A DNA stretch of 64,000 nucleotides from Lama glama (taxonomy: Eukaryota), in NCBI GenBank assembly GCA_028534125.1, contig CM052818.1:47928001-47992000 (forward strand). The letters run 5' to 3'. Made by a program: the position numbers and the translations under genes. This document shows positions 25,805-38,600 of the stretch, piece by piece. The notes beneath the pieces were generated by a model. It made no database searches. It was not told the DNA's origin and saw nothing but the letters and a program-made list of their open reading frames with translations. Position 1 is the first letter of the stretch; the number at the start of each line of letters is the position of its first letter.

Positions 25805-25965
25805 TGAATTGAGTGCTGACTATGTGCTGGTTCAGGTCCAGACACTTTACAAACTCTTTTCCTAATCTCCGCCTCAGTCCTACAAGGGACCAACCTTACT
25901 GGCTTTCTTTTGTAGGTGAAGGGGTTGAGGCTTACGGAGATAAAGTAGTTTGTCCAAAGCCTTGT
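25805..25965 (-). mobile_element. MIR SINE
   Basis: ttgagtgctgactatgtgc...cactttaca...cctaatctc...tttgtaggtgaaggggttgaggctt...gtttgtccaaag. Confidence 0.6.
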
Positions 25966-26899
25966 GTTTCTTCATTAGAGCCTCCTCAGTGAAATGTCTT
26001 CTGGCTTTGTCCTACTCTAACTGCTTCATTATTTTCCAGTTTTCGCTCCCTGTTCTATAAGAACTGGAATCGGAGAACATCTCTAATTGAAACACATACA
26101 CAGTTATTGTCTAAAGTGCCTAGAAGAGGTGAGATGCTTGAAAAAGTTGGGAGGAACTAGCGACAGGACCCCTAACTTTGCATTGAACTCATTCTCACGT
26201 CTGTGGTGTTGGAAAGGCAGTTCCCAGGGCAGAGCTGCGTGAGGGCAGAGGGCAAGGTGCAGGTGAGCGTGCACCGTCTCCCTGCCTGCAGCGCCCTGTC
26301 TCCTCCAGCTTGCCTTATAAATTAGTCTTTTTAAAGTGTTACGTGTTCCCCACTCCCCGGATTTTGTCTTATTCCTCTCTGTACCCTCAACATACAATAT
26401 AGCACCTGCTGGCATAACGGATATTAAAAGATCTTTGCTGACATTAAGGAAAAAACATGAGCTGAATATCACAAAATCTGTATTTTCTAATCAAAATGCT
26501 CCAGTATTTAGTGTATCTTTAGAACATATCTGTTATCACTTAGTCTTGCTCCTTTAGCCAAATCGATTAAAATCCGTTCTGTTCTCCTACTGATTCAGAG
26601 TTTGGGTAATTTTCTGCTTCATCTATTTCATAGAGTCCCTTTTGAGCAACTCCTGACAAAGCATCCACTGTGAAAAATGTCTTAAAATATACTTGGGTTA
26701 CAAGGAGGAATTCCAGTTGTTGCTGCAATGTTATCTCAGTTCTTTGCCAGTGGGGAGGTGTCCTCAAACGTGTTTTTTGGCATCCTTGGAGGGTAGTTGA
26801 GGCTGGGTCTTCAACCTAGGCCTATCAGTGCCGTGCTGGTGGCCCGCGGCCAAGCCAGCAGTGGACAGAGTCGCTGAGGACTCTCACGGTGCAGAACCA

Positions 26900-27285
26900 T
26901 CCACCCTCCCAGCCTCTGCCTCACTCCTCCCCCACGTGCATCCTTTGCCCTCCCCTCCCTGGACCACAGCATCTGACTCTGATTTTCCTTTTCTTCCTCA
27001 CATAGTCAAAGTCTGATCATTCCTCAAGGTCCTAAGGTCTGATTCATAAGCCGTACCTTTAGAGAATTTTCTTTGATTTCTCAGCTAAAATTTCTCTATC
27101 CTTGGAACATCCCCCGAATCAGTTTCCACTTCCATTATTGTGCTTTTAGGTGGAATTATGTGTGCACCTTTCTTAATTAGAATATAAACTGTGTACGAAG
27201 GAGGGCACCGTGTCTAATTCTGACTCTCCTCCTCTCACTGTACCGCCTCCTCTTACACGTACAAGATGCTTAATGAACGATTCTG
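26900..27285 (+). mobile_element. L2 LINE fragment
   Basis: Pyrimidine-rich L2 3' region ending agatgcttaatgaacgattc. Confidence 0.4.
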
Positions 27286-29224
27286 TAAGAATTAAAGAAC
27301 GTGCGTACTTTGGCTCCCTGCGGGGGTGGCGGGTACAGTGGAAAGAAGGTGCACCCACATCCCCAGGAACTGGGCTCCGGTTTGACCATTCATAAGGAAT
27401 CTTGGGCACACATACTTCAAAACTTCTTTTCATCTTTTTGGTCAGTGAGAGTAAAAAATGCCTGGGGGGACACTAACTCAGCCTTTTAGCTGCTGCGTCG
27501 CCGCGCGCAGGACTCAGGCTCGGGGAAGCTCCCTGCGGTCTCCCTTCTGCTCTTCTGTTTCCTTCCTGGTAACAGTAACGCATCCTTGACTTTGACCGCT
27601 TTTTTAATTGTCCTTTTCTTCTGATCAGAGACAGTGTCTCTCCTGTGTTTCTTGAATCACTGGTACCTAGTAAGATACATACACACACATCGTACTTTAT
27701 ATTTATGTGTATATATATTTGTAAAAAGGTTGGTCTGGTGGATGGATGCACAGAAACTCTGATATCCTGTTAATTGCTGCCAGTGACATTTGCTGCTGGG
27801 AAATGCTGGAAACTCCTTTTAAATCTTATCCCCCCCCCCGCAAAATGGAGCTCACAAAGTCTCCTCTCTCCTTTAGACATCATTTCCCTAATCAATATTT
27901 CCCAAAAGTGATTCCATAGAAGGAATCATGGGCACCAGTCAAAAAAAAAAACAAACAAGGAAGAAGAAGAAGAAGAAAAAAGAAAAGATGCAAAGTCAAA
28001 TAAGTCATTTGACCAATAAACTTATTATTTCTGACTTATATCTATTGATATCGAAGTTTAGAAGGCTCTCTTCGATATTTTGATCATCTCCCAGTATGTA
28101 GAAGTTCTTCTCATTTGAATATTTTCCTGAAAAACTCCCTAAAATACAGAAATTTTCGATATGAAAATTCCAGGTATGGGGGATAGCCTTGGCGTCCTTC
28201 CTCCTGATGGACGGAAACTCCTTGTGTGATGACGAATGGAAACAAAGTCAGTGACTGGGTGTTGCCATCCCTCAGATTCCGCTTCATGGGCCACTCCTTT
28301 CCAGCGCCGCTTTGGCATGGCACAGGTGAAGGGCCCCAAGAGGTTCGGAAGCCTTGTAACGGAACTAGTGACTCTTTCAAAGATATTCCTTAAGATATAT
28401 TCAAATCCTGCAAAAAATAATAAATGAGGGAATAATCAGGGACATTTATTTCTCAGGGTTTAACTGTAATGCTGCCTCTCCACACGCACAATTTATGACG
28501 AGTGAGAATTTTTGGTGAGTGGAATGCTTATGCTAGGAGAAAAAATTAATGGCCATCTGTAAAAGAGGGGATGGCTGGCAAATCTGTTACGCATGTTGTA
28601 ATAAAAATGGTTTATTGGGCTATCGTGGTCAGACACAGGAGCCAAATGCTGCAGACTCCTCTGCAGAACATGCTGGGACTTAATTCTGTTTTCCCTGACA
28701 CTGGTACTACCACTCTCTGAAGCACTGCTCTTCTGGCCCATTCTGAAGGGTTTTTATAAAATGGGCTCTTTCTGGACTGCTGGGCTTGGACCCACAGGAT
28801 CTGCTTTTGAGCCCCAGGATTCTAGCTGAAAACGAAAATTTGGCTCAGATAAACTCTAAGGTCCCATGCAAACAGTGCTTCTAGGATACGAAATCCCTTC
28901 TCGTGAATAAAGTCTAAAAAAACATCTAGTCAGCCTGCACTCAGCGCCACTTCAGTATGTGTAAGAATGATGTGCGCACCAGCTTTCAAAAACGCTACGT
29001 TCCGGGAAGTAAGGAAGTGCTCAGGGAACAAGGACCCATGTGAAAAGGCACAGGAGTCAGCCTGAGGGAGAGGCCGCTGGCCAAACAGGTGACATCGAGC
29101 ATCAAAGACCCGGGAGCAATGGCAGAACAGCTGGCAGCACCCCTGGATCACATGAGCCCGCGCGGATGTGACTCAGTCAGCCGGGAATGCGAAGTGCAAA
29201 CCCTTCCAGTCTCGACAATGCTGG

Positions 29225-29570
29225 CCGTGCTCGCCTGGCTAAGGTGGTGTCTGCCAGGTTTCTTCCTGCCAAGGTACTGTTCTTTTCCCCTGTGTTAAAC
29301 ATTGCTACCTTGGGTTGAGGTGCTTCTCATCAAAACCTCTCTGTTAGCACCTTCAGCGATTCCTTCCTGAGTAAGTCGTTACTGCGACGGCAGGACAGAG
29401 CGACTCTAATCTTACCGTGCTTCTGCATTCCTAACTCGGCATCCTGTTGTAAGTCAGAGCCCCACCCGCCCCTCCGTTTGTTATTTATTTGTTTGTTTAT
29501 ATCAGTGTGGACCCACAGACTCCACGTGGAGGTTATACAGAGATGCTTTACACTGTTCTCGCTGGTTTTC
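29225..29570 (-). mobile_element. L1MC4/5-like 3' UTR fragment (GC-shifted)
   Basis: ggctaaggtggtgtctgccaggtttct...ctcatcaaa...tttatttgtttgtttatatcagtgtggaccca matches the recalled L1MC 3' UTR. Confidence 0.6.
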
Positions 29571-30545
29571 TGTGTCTGGAATTATTTTCAAATCTAATGT
29601 TTATGAAAATAGTACACACGTCCACCAGCAAATTGGAGATGAGTCTTCGGCCTCAGCTGCTTTCTTGACTCACACTGCCCCGGGCTGCCTTTGCTTTTGC
29701 AGTTGTCACCACCGTCTCCTCAGGACTCGGCAACGCACGAGCCCAGGCTGGCCGCCGGCGTGGTAACAGAGCAGCGCTTCTCGGCGACAGCCACGTCTCC
29801 CCCAGAAGCCCGGCCTTTCAGAGTCACCAGGGGAGCGCGAAGGCGACTCGCGTGGTTGTCTCGCGTCCCGTCCTGCCCTCCACGTGGAGCAGTGGGGCTC
29901 TCTGCACCCGGTGCACCCCGGGGTGCGAAATGCACCTGAGTCGAGTTCCTTGCTTGTTTTCATGGGCTTGCTCTTGGTTCCAGCAGGCACCATCCGTCTC
30001 CTTGAGACGGACACCCTTCATGCCCTTGTTCCTCTCCTGTTACGTGACCACAAGACGAGCCCGCTCGTACCCTCCGTGTCTTGCTGAGATTTTACTGCCC
30101 AGCTCTTCTCCTTCCTGAAGCTCGCGCACAGGATGCGGCAACGAGACGGAAATTAGAGGGCTCCCCGAGTGGTCCTCACCTCTCACCCAGCCCTGGGCCG
30201 GGGACCTGGCGTCAGCTATGTTCACTTAAACTCTCACTTGCCACAGATTTTCTCATTGTTTCCTGCTTAAAAATTCTTGGGAACCTCTCCTCCAATTCCC
30301 TCCACTAGACTAGCTCGTGCGGCTCTGCATTCTGTTCTTCTGGGAGGGTAGCAGTTTATGTCTGTTGTCCCCCTTCACTCACAAAAACGTCTCTGTGCCG
30401 ACGACGTATTTATTATCGGTCAGCCTGTCCACAGGGGCAAAGTCTGGATTCAACCATACGCTGCTGCACATTGTCGGTTTTCCCTCCAAACTTCAGACCA
30501 GCTGGGTAGGAAGATTACGATTTCAGACCATACTAAGGGTTGCTC

Positions 30546-30604
30546 TGTGTGTGTGTGTGTCTGTGTGTGTCTGTGTGTGTCTGTGTGTCTGTGTGTCTGT
30601 GTGT
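30546..30604. repeat. Interrupted (TG)n/(TGTC) microsatellite
   Basis: Read directly from the sequence. Confidence 0.9.
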
Positions 30605-33600
30605 TGCTGGTGGGGTTGAGGGACCTCTATCCCCATTTTGTTTTCATGGTTCTGCCTGAAGACAACCAACTAGGTAAGACGCTGAGTGAAGGAGAAGGCG
30701 TGAAGAAAGGTGTCCATAGGTAGATTTCTCTATGGCCGGACTAGGGCTTAGGATTTTAGAGAAAACAGACGTGCGGGGAGATCGTGGAGAGAAACGCGTA
30801 TCCAGCCTACACCTCTGCGCAGCCCCACCCCGGTCAGGGCGCCACGCAGCCCGTGATGCTTACATGTGGCTGTGATTTAGGGAAAGGGTGGGGGATGTTA
30901 AGGCCCATGTGGAGAATCTAATTTAACACAGATGGAGATGCGTGCGGGGCCTAGGAGCAAACGCAGCCCTGGGGGAGCACAGAGGAAGGGCCACTGCAGC
31001 AACCAGAGGGCTGCCAGCTCGCGGCCCCGAGATGGGGGGCCTTCGAGCGCGTCTCCCGGGCGTGTGTGATGTGGGAGATGTTCCAGTGTGGCTGCGAGAA
31101 CCAGAGTGCGCGGGGCCTTGAGAGTCAAGCCGGGGACAGGGCTCCACAGAGGCCAGACTGTGCATGGAATGGACAGCACCGTCTGTCACCTGAGGGTTAA
31201 AATGGGACTGTAGGAGGATAGACACGTCTTCCTAGACGTCTCAACGTGTCCGCTTCCCCATTGACCTCTGAGGAGCCCGTTCCTGCACACCGGGACTCCT
31301 GGTGGGTGATGGGCACCTGGGGGGACTTAGCCCGGGGGGGTGCTGCGCCGGGGGATGGGCGGGGCTGCAGTGGGGCTGGGACTCGGGGATTTGTCTCAGT
31401 TCAGAATGACAGAAAGTCGAGTTCATGGTTACCCCAGGCACGCGGGAGCCTAATCCCTTCCAGCTGTGTAGCCCTGACCTGTTTCTGAGCCTTTTTCCTC
31501 CTAACTCCTCAGGCACAAGGCCCTGGAGCAGGAATCAGCCCGGGCTTCTGATCTCAAGTCAGTGACTTATTCTGCAGCCTCAGAGGAGTCACTGACAGGA
31601 AGGGAAACTGACATTTCTGCGCATATACTGTGTGTTGGCCACAGCCGTTCACATCCATCGTGCACCCACATGCATGTCTGAACTGCCACCACGTGGCAGG
31701 CGTTGAGCTGGGTGCTGGGTCTACAGGCATCAGCACATCAGAAATGGGACGCTTAGGACTCACTCTGTCCCCTGGGGAGGTGGTATTTACCTCCATCAGC
31801 CAGTTGAGAACAGTGGCATACAGATAGGGTAAGTATCTTGCCCGAAGTCACACTGGAATACGGTAGACCAGAGACTGACGGACTGATCTTTCTGATATAA
31901 AGCCTCAATTTTTTCTCACTCACAAAAATATGATGGTTGACCTAGAGTTGCTTCTATGAGCCTTCATATCTCTAAAATTCTACATTCCAATTTTTTTTCT
32001 TTTTTTAATTCTACATAACAGCTTTGTATGATAGCGAGGCCAGTTGTTTATCCTTTCAACATCCAGATTCTCAGAAGCCATTGTACATCAGTTGTCCTGT
32101 TCACTTTCCAAGATACGATGTATCACTGGCAGGCCGAGACACGGTGCCAGGATGATTTCCATGTGATTAACCTTTTGAAGCTACATTGAGGACAGACCTC
32201 ATTCTGTAAGTCAGAAAAATGGAAAACGCTGCTCCTCATCTTAAAGGCGGGTCTCTAGGGACTTGGTAAAGGAATGAGGGGGATGAGATCCGTGGTGTCT
32301 CCCAATACATAAGTGACGGATGAGGCATTGTGCCTTGGGTGAACCTTTGAAATGCTGCTGAGCATGACCAGGGAAAGCCCAGATAACCGACGGGAGAGTT
32401 TCAAGCAAATCTTCACGGATCCGATATGCGAACGTGTCATTGTGGGGAGTTGGCAGGGTGCAGAGATTCTGGGGTCCCTTTTGACTCACAAGCCATATCC
32501 GTGAGGATCCAGATGGGACTTCTTTGGCCTGAATAGATTTGAAACACGTATCTTTAGAAGGAATGCACATTTTTCTGCACCCTGCAGATTTTTTCTCCTC
32601 CTTATCGCCATATACCCAGCCACTCTGCCCCTGTGCTGACACTGGAGGGTCATCTGGGGGTGCCACCCCCCAGTGCGGCAGGAAGGGCCAGTGACAAGGA
32701 AGCAGGGTGGGAAGGACACAGGCGGCCTTGGTCCCAGGCACACTTTGGTCCTCATTGGCTTGTGTTCTTGGTCCATTTGGCTAATATTCTGGACGTTAAC
32801 TGGTTCCCTTCTGACAAACTGAGCAAGACATTTGCAGGCTATCTCTGAGATTTAGAAGTAAGAAATGATGGGAAAGAACCCAACCTACGAGTCACTCATA
32901 GTTGCTGCTCCTTAAATGACGGCTGTCGCTTCCCTCTTCACCTGTTTGTTTCCACACTTAGTGATCACATAGCACGTGTTCTTGACCGCACCTGCTTCAG
33001 GGGCTACAATGAGAAGGAAGTGTTACTTGATTTTCAGGGAGTGAGGCAGTTCATCTCCTCACTCTGGTAACCGAGAACAGAAGGGGCTGGCTACAGGATC
33101 CCTCTGACCCCCTCCACTCTCTCGGTTCTGTGACCTCCACGGGAAGTGCCACTTTCCCCTGTAATGAAGAGACATCTTGGTTCACACCCTGCTCCCTGTC
33201 TGGATGGCACGTGCATAACTAGCTCATTGTCTTCTGAGGCTCTTTGTCTGAGAGGGGCGGGTGGATCTGTTAATTCAGTGGCTTGTGCAGAACTCTCGTC
33301 ACACAGTCAATTACAGAAGTCTTTGAACAGCGTTGCTGAAAACGTGTTTGACTTAATCATTTCTGACAGCAGTGGGGACGGGGCTGCGAATCAGCATACT
33401 GCACACAGGAACGTCATTAGCGGACGGGTCTCAGGGCACCGATCTGCCCCTCTGTGTGTTCTCAGGGTGACTGTACCGATAAACGTCACCTCTTTATGAC
33501 ATACTCTGATCACCTCTACCAGCAGGTTAAAAATAATTGGCTATTTGATTTTTTGCCGGCCCAGGGAACTTCCTCTAATCCTTAACAACAGCAGGAACCA

Positions 33601-33639
33601 CCACCACCACCAAACAGTGCAGAGGAAAGTAAACGGTAA

Positions 33640-33870
33640 GAGTGAGGCTCTGGGGTCGGATCACTGGGTTCAAACACCAGGGGTACCACCTACTGGCCCT
33701 GCGACTGGAGCCAATGAATTGACCCCTCTGTGCCTCAGTTTTCTCATCTGTAAAAGAGCGTAGGTGAAAGAACACTAGGAGCCATCTTACCAGTAGGGGA
33801 GAATACACGTAAAGCGCCTGGTCCAGCGCCTGGCACACTGTAAGCCCTTAATAAAGGTGAGGAACTGCAT
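33640..33870 (+). mobile_element. MIR SINE, near full length
   Basis: ggctctggggtcgga...ctgggttcaaa...ccctctgtgcctcagttttctcatctgtaaaa...acgtaaagcgcct...gcctggcacactgtaagcccttaataaa. Confidence 0.85.
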
Positions 33871-35653
33871 TCATTACCAAGGGCGGGCACACTGCCTACT
33901 GCTCTGTCCACATCAGTGCCAATGTGAGGCTCACCAGTGCTGAGCGCTTTTTCATGCCAAGCTCCACATGCTTTACATGTAGTAACTCATTTTGCCCTTC
34001 AGCACATTTGATAAATAAAAATATTTTTGTTTCAAAATGGAGGAATCTGAGTGCTAACAGAAACTGGATGTAAACCCCCGTTTATTTGATGAGGCAAGTG
34101 TACGCCTCAGATCAGGGCTCTGCAAATACTGTAGCTCTTAAACTGCTGGCTTGTCATCATATTCTGGACCAGTGACCTTATAACTCAGACATTTGGCTGT
34201 TCTTCTGGAAATTAGGGTGTTGGAGAAAGGGGGACAAAGGGGAAGATTTCCTTTTCACTCTTGTACAACACAGAGACTGTCAACAGAAATAATCAACAGA
34301 CAATCTGTAATAGGAATAGAAAAGAGTTTTGGAGAGAAGCAAGGTGGCAGAGTAGAAGGAAGCCCGTAGCTCACCCACTCCCACAAATACACCAAACTCA
34401 CATCTACGGACCCACTCAGCCAACCAGGGCACCTGCCGAACTCAGACAGAACATCGCCCTCTTTGAAAGACAAAGACGCCCAAAATTTGACAGAAGAGGA
34501 AAAAAGAAAGAAAAAAAAAGCAAAACAGTTCGGGACCAGTCCCGCGGGGAGGGAGCGGCAAAGGAGGACTGGTGCTCGTTCGCTGGGTCTCCCCCCTTCA
34601 ACGGAGAGGCCAGTGGGGCGGAGGGGGAGCCTCCAGAGCTCAGATCTGCCCTGAGCACCCCTTGACTGACAGAACTGAGTTAAATGGGCACAGAGGGTCC
34701 CCATGACACCCAGCCCGAGATGCGGGCCAGCAGCTGGGGCCAGGCCAGGCCGTCCAAGCCGGGCAGAAGACAGGGGCAGATGCACTGAGGCAGCCCCGGG
34801 GGACTGCAGGGGGCTGCGCGCCGAGGCCAGGAGGGGATACAGAGCAGAGCAACCTCGGTCCCCCATAAATTGCGAAAAAAGGCGAAGCAACACGGCTGGT
34901 GTGCCCTGGGGGCAGGGGCGCCATAGCCTTTGTCTCCTCAGACCTGCACCGCCATTACTGGCACTTCTCATGAGAAGAGAGGCGGGCGCAGCCACAGCCG
35001 ACACCTCCCCCTGTAAGAGCGCCCAGGCGGGGGTGGGGGCCGAGCCCTGAATCTGCACCTGGGGGCTCCACGGCCTCCTGGGCAGGACTGAGAATTGTTT
35101 ACAGCCCTAGACAGATAGGATCCTTCTGCCCTGATACCTCAGAGAACTCGCGCCGTCAAGACAAACAAGGAGCTGAGATTTGGCATGGAGCAGAGGTGGA
35201 GCCATGCCGTGGTCTTCCCCAAGCCTGCCTTCGGAGCGCCGACTGGAGGCGGAGCGGGCAGCTGCACAGAGCAGCAGAGCTACCAGTGCTGGGAAAGGGC
35301 TGGTGGTCACCCGCCCTTGTGGCAGGAACGCAGCACCTGACCGCGATGCTGGGAGGGGGTGCGATCCGCCCACCTGCCTTGCCTGAGCACAGCATTTGAG
35401 GGGGAGTGACCCGCCCACCCACAGGATAAGAGCTCAGCACCTGACCCAGTGTTGGGAGGGGGCATGATCTGCTAGCTGACAGCCACTGGGAGCAGCACAG
35501 AAGAGAGTGCCAACAGAGGGCCTCTGGAAACAGCAAGCTGAGTTTGCAAAACAGGGCGAAGACACAAAGACCTCTCGATAAAATCATTAAGAGCACACCG
35601 TCTCCAGGATGACTAGATAACTGATACTCCTTAAGCCACAGTGCCAGAGAGAT

Positions 35654-36555
35654 ATGAGCAATATGAAGAAGCAGAGAAACCATTCCCAATTAAAAGATCA
35701 AGAGAAATCCCCTGAAAGCACGATCAAGGAAATAGACATTGATGGCCTACTAGATCAAGATTTCAAAAAAGGAGTGATCAAAGTACTGAAGGAACTAAAA
35801 GAAATAGTGTTTAGAGATATAAAATATGTCAAAAATGAAACAGAAGCTATAAAGAAGAACCAAGTAGAATTAGCAAACTCATTTGCTGAGATGAGAGCTG
35901 ACCTAAAGGCTGTACAAAGCAGGCTAGATAATGCAGAGGAATGAATAAGTGACCTAGAAGACAGGACAACAGAAAGCACCCAATCTGAAGAGCTGAGAGA
36001 AAAGCAAATAAAAAACAATGAAAACAATATAAGGGACCTATGGGATAATATAAAGCCTGCCAATCTACGCATAATAGGGGTTCCAGAAGGGTAAGAAAAA
36101 GCAAAGGGGATTGAGAAGGTATTTGAAGAAATCATGACTGAAAACTTCTCAAACCTAAAGAAGGAATCAGATATCGATGTACAGGAGGCTCAGAGGGTCT
36201 CAAACAGGAAGAACCCAAATAGACCCATGCCAAGGCATATCATAATCAAGATGGCCAGAGTCAAGGATAAAGAAATGATCCTCAAGGTAGCAAGAGAAAA
36301 ACAAAGAGTGAGTTACAAGGGAACCCCCATAAGGCTCTCAGCTGATTTCTATACACAAACACTACAGGCCAGAAGGGAGTGGCAAGATATATTCAAAGTC
36401 TGAATGAAAAAAAGATGCAGCCTAGGATACTCTATCCAGCAAGGCTATCCTTTAGAATAGAAGGAGAGATAAAGAAATTCACAGACAAGCAAAAACTAAA
36501 AGAATTTAGCAACACTAAACCCATGCTAAAAGAAATATTGACTGGTTTACTATAA
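35654..36555 (+). pseudogene. LINE-1 ORF1p, disabled
   Basis: MSNMKKQRNHSQLK...coiled coil...NLRIIGVPE...PRHIIIKM...GTPIRLSADF...ARREWQDIF...QPRILYPARLSF. In-frame TGA at 35942, TAA at about 36092 and a 1-bp frameshift at about 36400. About 300 codons when repaired. Confidence 0.92.
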
Positions 36556-36698
36556 ATAGAAAAGCAGCAGGATGCTACAGAAATGATAAACTCACAACTG
36601 GAAAGGAGATAACTGCCATGAATTACAAAAAGAATAAACACAAAATTGTAAAGGAAGACATTTAAATCATTAAGAGTGGGAGAGAGAAGCAAGGAAAG

Positions 36699-37067
36699 CC
36701 ACTGTGGAAAACAGTATGGAGATTCCTCAAAAGATTAGAAATAGACTTACCATATGACCCAGGAATCCCACTCCTGGGCATATATCCAGAAGGACCCCTA
36801 CTTCAAAATGACACCTGCACCCCAGTGTTCATAGCAGCACTATTTACAATAGCCAAGACATGGAAACAGCCTAGATGTCCATCAGCAGATGACTGAGTAA
36901 AGAAGATGTGGTATATTTATACAGTGGAATATTATTCAGCCACAAAAACCGACAACGTAACGCCATTTGCAGCAACATGGATGCTCCTGGAGAAAGTCAT
37001 TCTAAGTGAAGTAAGCCAGAAAGAGAAGGAAAAATACCATATGAGATCGCTCATATGAGGAATCTTA
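36699..37067 (+). pseudogene. LINE-1 ORF2p C-terminal remnant (about 120 codons)
   Basis: Translates as PLWKTVWRFLKRLEIDLPYDPGIPLLGIYP...TCTPVFIAALFTIAKTWKQPRCPS...MWYIYTVEYYSA...FAATWM, with internal stops. The endonuclease and RT domains are absent. Confidence 0.92.
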
Positions 37068-38256
37068 AAAAAACAAAAACAAAACATAAATACAAAACAG
37101 AAACAGACTCAGAGACATAGAATACAAACTTGTGGTTGCCAAGGGGGAGAAGGGTGAGAAGGGACAGACTGGGATTTTAAAATGCAGAATAGATAAACAA
37201 GATTATACTGTATAGCACAGGGAAATATAAACAAGATCTTGTGGTAGTCATAGAGAAAAAAAAATGTGACAATGAATATATATAGATTCATGTATAACTG
37301 AAAAATTGTGCTCTACACTAGAATTTGATACAACATTGTAAAATGACTATCACACAATAAAAAAAATGTAAAAAAAAAAAAGAGTTTTATTTGCACCACA
37401 CTGAGAACTATAGCCTGGGAGACGCAGATTTAAGATGCGCTTGGACTGTGCTCTACCAGACTGCAGGATGGGGAGGGTTGTAAAGGCAAAACTCACAAAA
37501 TTATGTAAGTTGTTTGTCAAGAATTGTAACCAGAGCTGGCAAGAAGTAAGGGTGCTTGTTAAGCAAGGATTGGTTGGGGTCTGAAATGGCTGCACAGTCA
37601 CAAGGGGAGACCTTGAGACCATGGGGTTGCAGCAGGCAACTGCCAGCAGATGTTGTTTTGAGAATGGCTGGCGGTGTCTTCGAGTCTGATACAGCGCAAA
37701 AACGTTCGTAGGGCTCCCAGGGACGCGGGGATGTGTCTAAAACCACACCCACCACGACCACCCAGCTCCATTTTGAAAGCCTGAACAACAGTGACTCCAT
37801 TTTGATTTTTAAATGCATTCTGTCCTTTAATGATTAAAGCAGGTGCACAGTGTGTGATTGATGGACAGTAAGACAGGCTGTTCTTCTTAGCATCAAGTTC
37901 AAGTTAAATGAAGTGTAAGCCAGGACGACTTCCCATACTTCAACATGCGAAAATTTCTTTCGTCAAGGCTAAGGCAGAATTTTGTATTTCCGTACAGTTT
38001 TCTGACACACACGTGAGAGGTCAGCTGCATGTAAACTGCTGGATGGACACGTGTGGTCTGGACACGGCGACGTGACAGGTGGGGCCTCTTCTTCTCTGGA
38101 GACATGACTGTTTCTCCTTCTCTTCCCTCTCCTCCTTATCCTTGCTCTTCTTCTTTCAAATCAGTGTCAGTGTTTATCCACCCCTCTCTCAGCTTTGCTC
38201 TGGCCATTCACCCTTTATGGTGAAACACTCGATGAGATCGTGCCATGTTGTAGAAC

Positions 38257-38420
38257 CTCGCGACTCAAAGTGTACTCTGTAGACTGGCCACGTGGACGTC
38301 CCCCGGCTGCTTATTAGACATGTGGAACCTCAGGCTGCACCCCAGTCCTCCTGAGTCAGAGTCTGCATCTTAACAAGATCCACAGGGAACTATTTGCCTG
38401 TTAAAGTCGGAGAGCCTCTG
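38257..38420. mobile_element. MER5A1-like hAT-Charlie element
   Basis: ctcaaagtgt...ttattagacatg...cctcaggctgcaccccagtcctcctgagtcagagtctgcatcttaacaagatcc...ttaaagt. Confidence 0.7.
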
Positions 38421-38429
38421 GGCTAGAAG

Positions 38430-38600
38430 GAGCGCGGGCTTGGGCTCCTAGAAGAACTAGATCTGAATCCTGCACCCCCATTTATTATCTCTACTGCCTT
38501 GGAAAAATGCATAACCCTCCTGAAGCTGTTTTCTGAGCCATAAAATAAGCTTAATAATATCTTGCAAGATTGTTGTAGGAATTGGTGATAGTAAAAGTAA
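38430..38600 (+). mobile_element. MIR SINE
   Basis: gggcttggg...atctgaatcctg...ccttggaaaaatgcataaccctcctgaag...ataaaat...gattgttgtagga. Confidence 0.55.

Larger units (their letters stand above)
34331..37377 (+). mobile_element. Camelid-type LINE-1 with intact 5' end and an internal deletion of most of ORF2 (about 3.05 kb)
   Basis: Starts ggagagaagcaaggtggcagagtag (L1 5' motif). Then a GC-rich 5' UTR of about 1.3 kb, ORF1, a spacer, only the ORF2 C-terminus, the 3' UTR, AATAAA and poly-A. TSD AAAAGAGTTTT at 34320-34330 and 37378-37388. Confidence 0.95.
34278..38007 (-). mobile_element. ERV1-type solo LTR (about 670 bp) split by the L1 insertion
   Basis: Termini TGTCAACAGAAA (34278) and TTTTCTGACA (38007) form a TG..CA imperfect inverted repeat. 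Removing the L1 restores ...aaagagttttatttg...gaactatagcctgggagac, typical of laurasiatherian ERV1 LTRs, with AATAAA on the minus strand. No clean flanking TSD seen. Confidence 0.6.

Noticed and set aside
25305..25812. His/Thr- and Cys/Val-rich ORFs (also near 19.6, 30.5 and 53.9 kb)
   Set aside because: Translations of (TG)n microsatellites.
28048..28078. Inverted repeat ATATCGAAG-N13-CTTCGATAT, with a second weak hairpin at about 28149-28172
   Set aside because: A 9-bp stem is plausible by chance in 64 kb. No miRNA-length hairpin or transposon termini could be supported.
34255..35058. 267-aa antisense ORF in the L1 5' UTR (superficially like primate ORF0)
   Set aside because: Non-ATG start, GC-rich sequence that is naturally stop-poor, runs past the element boundary into the LTR, and has no recognisable homology.
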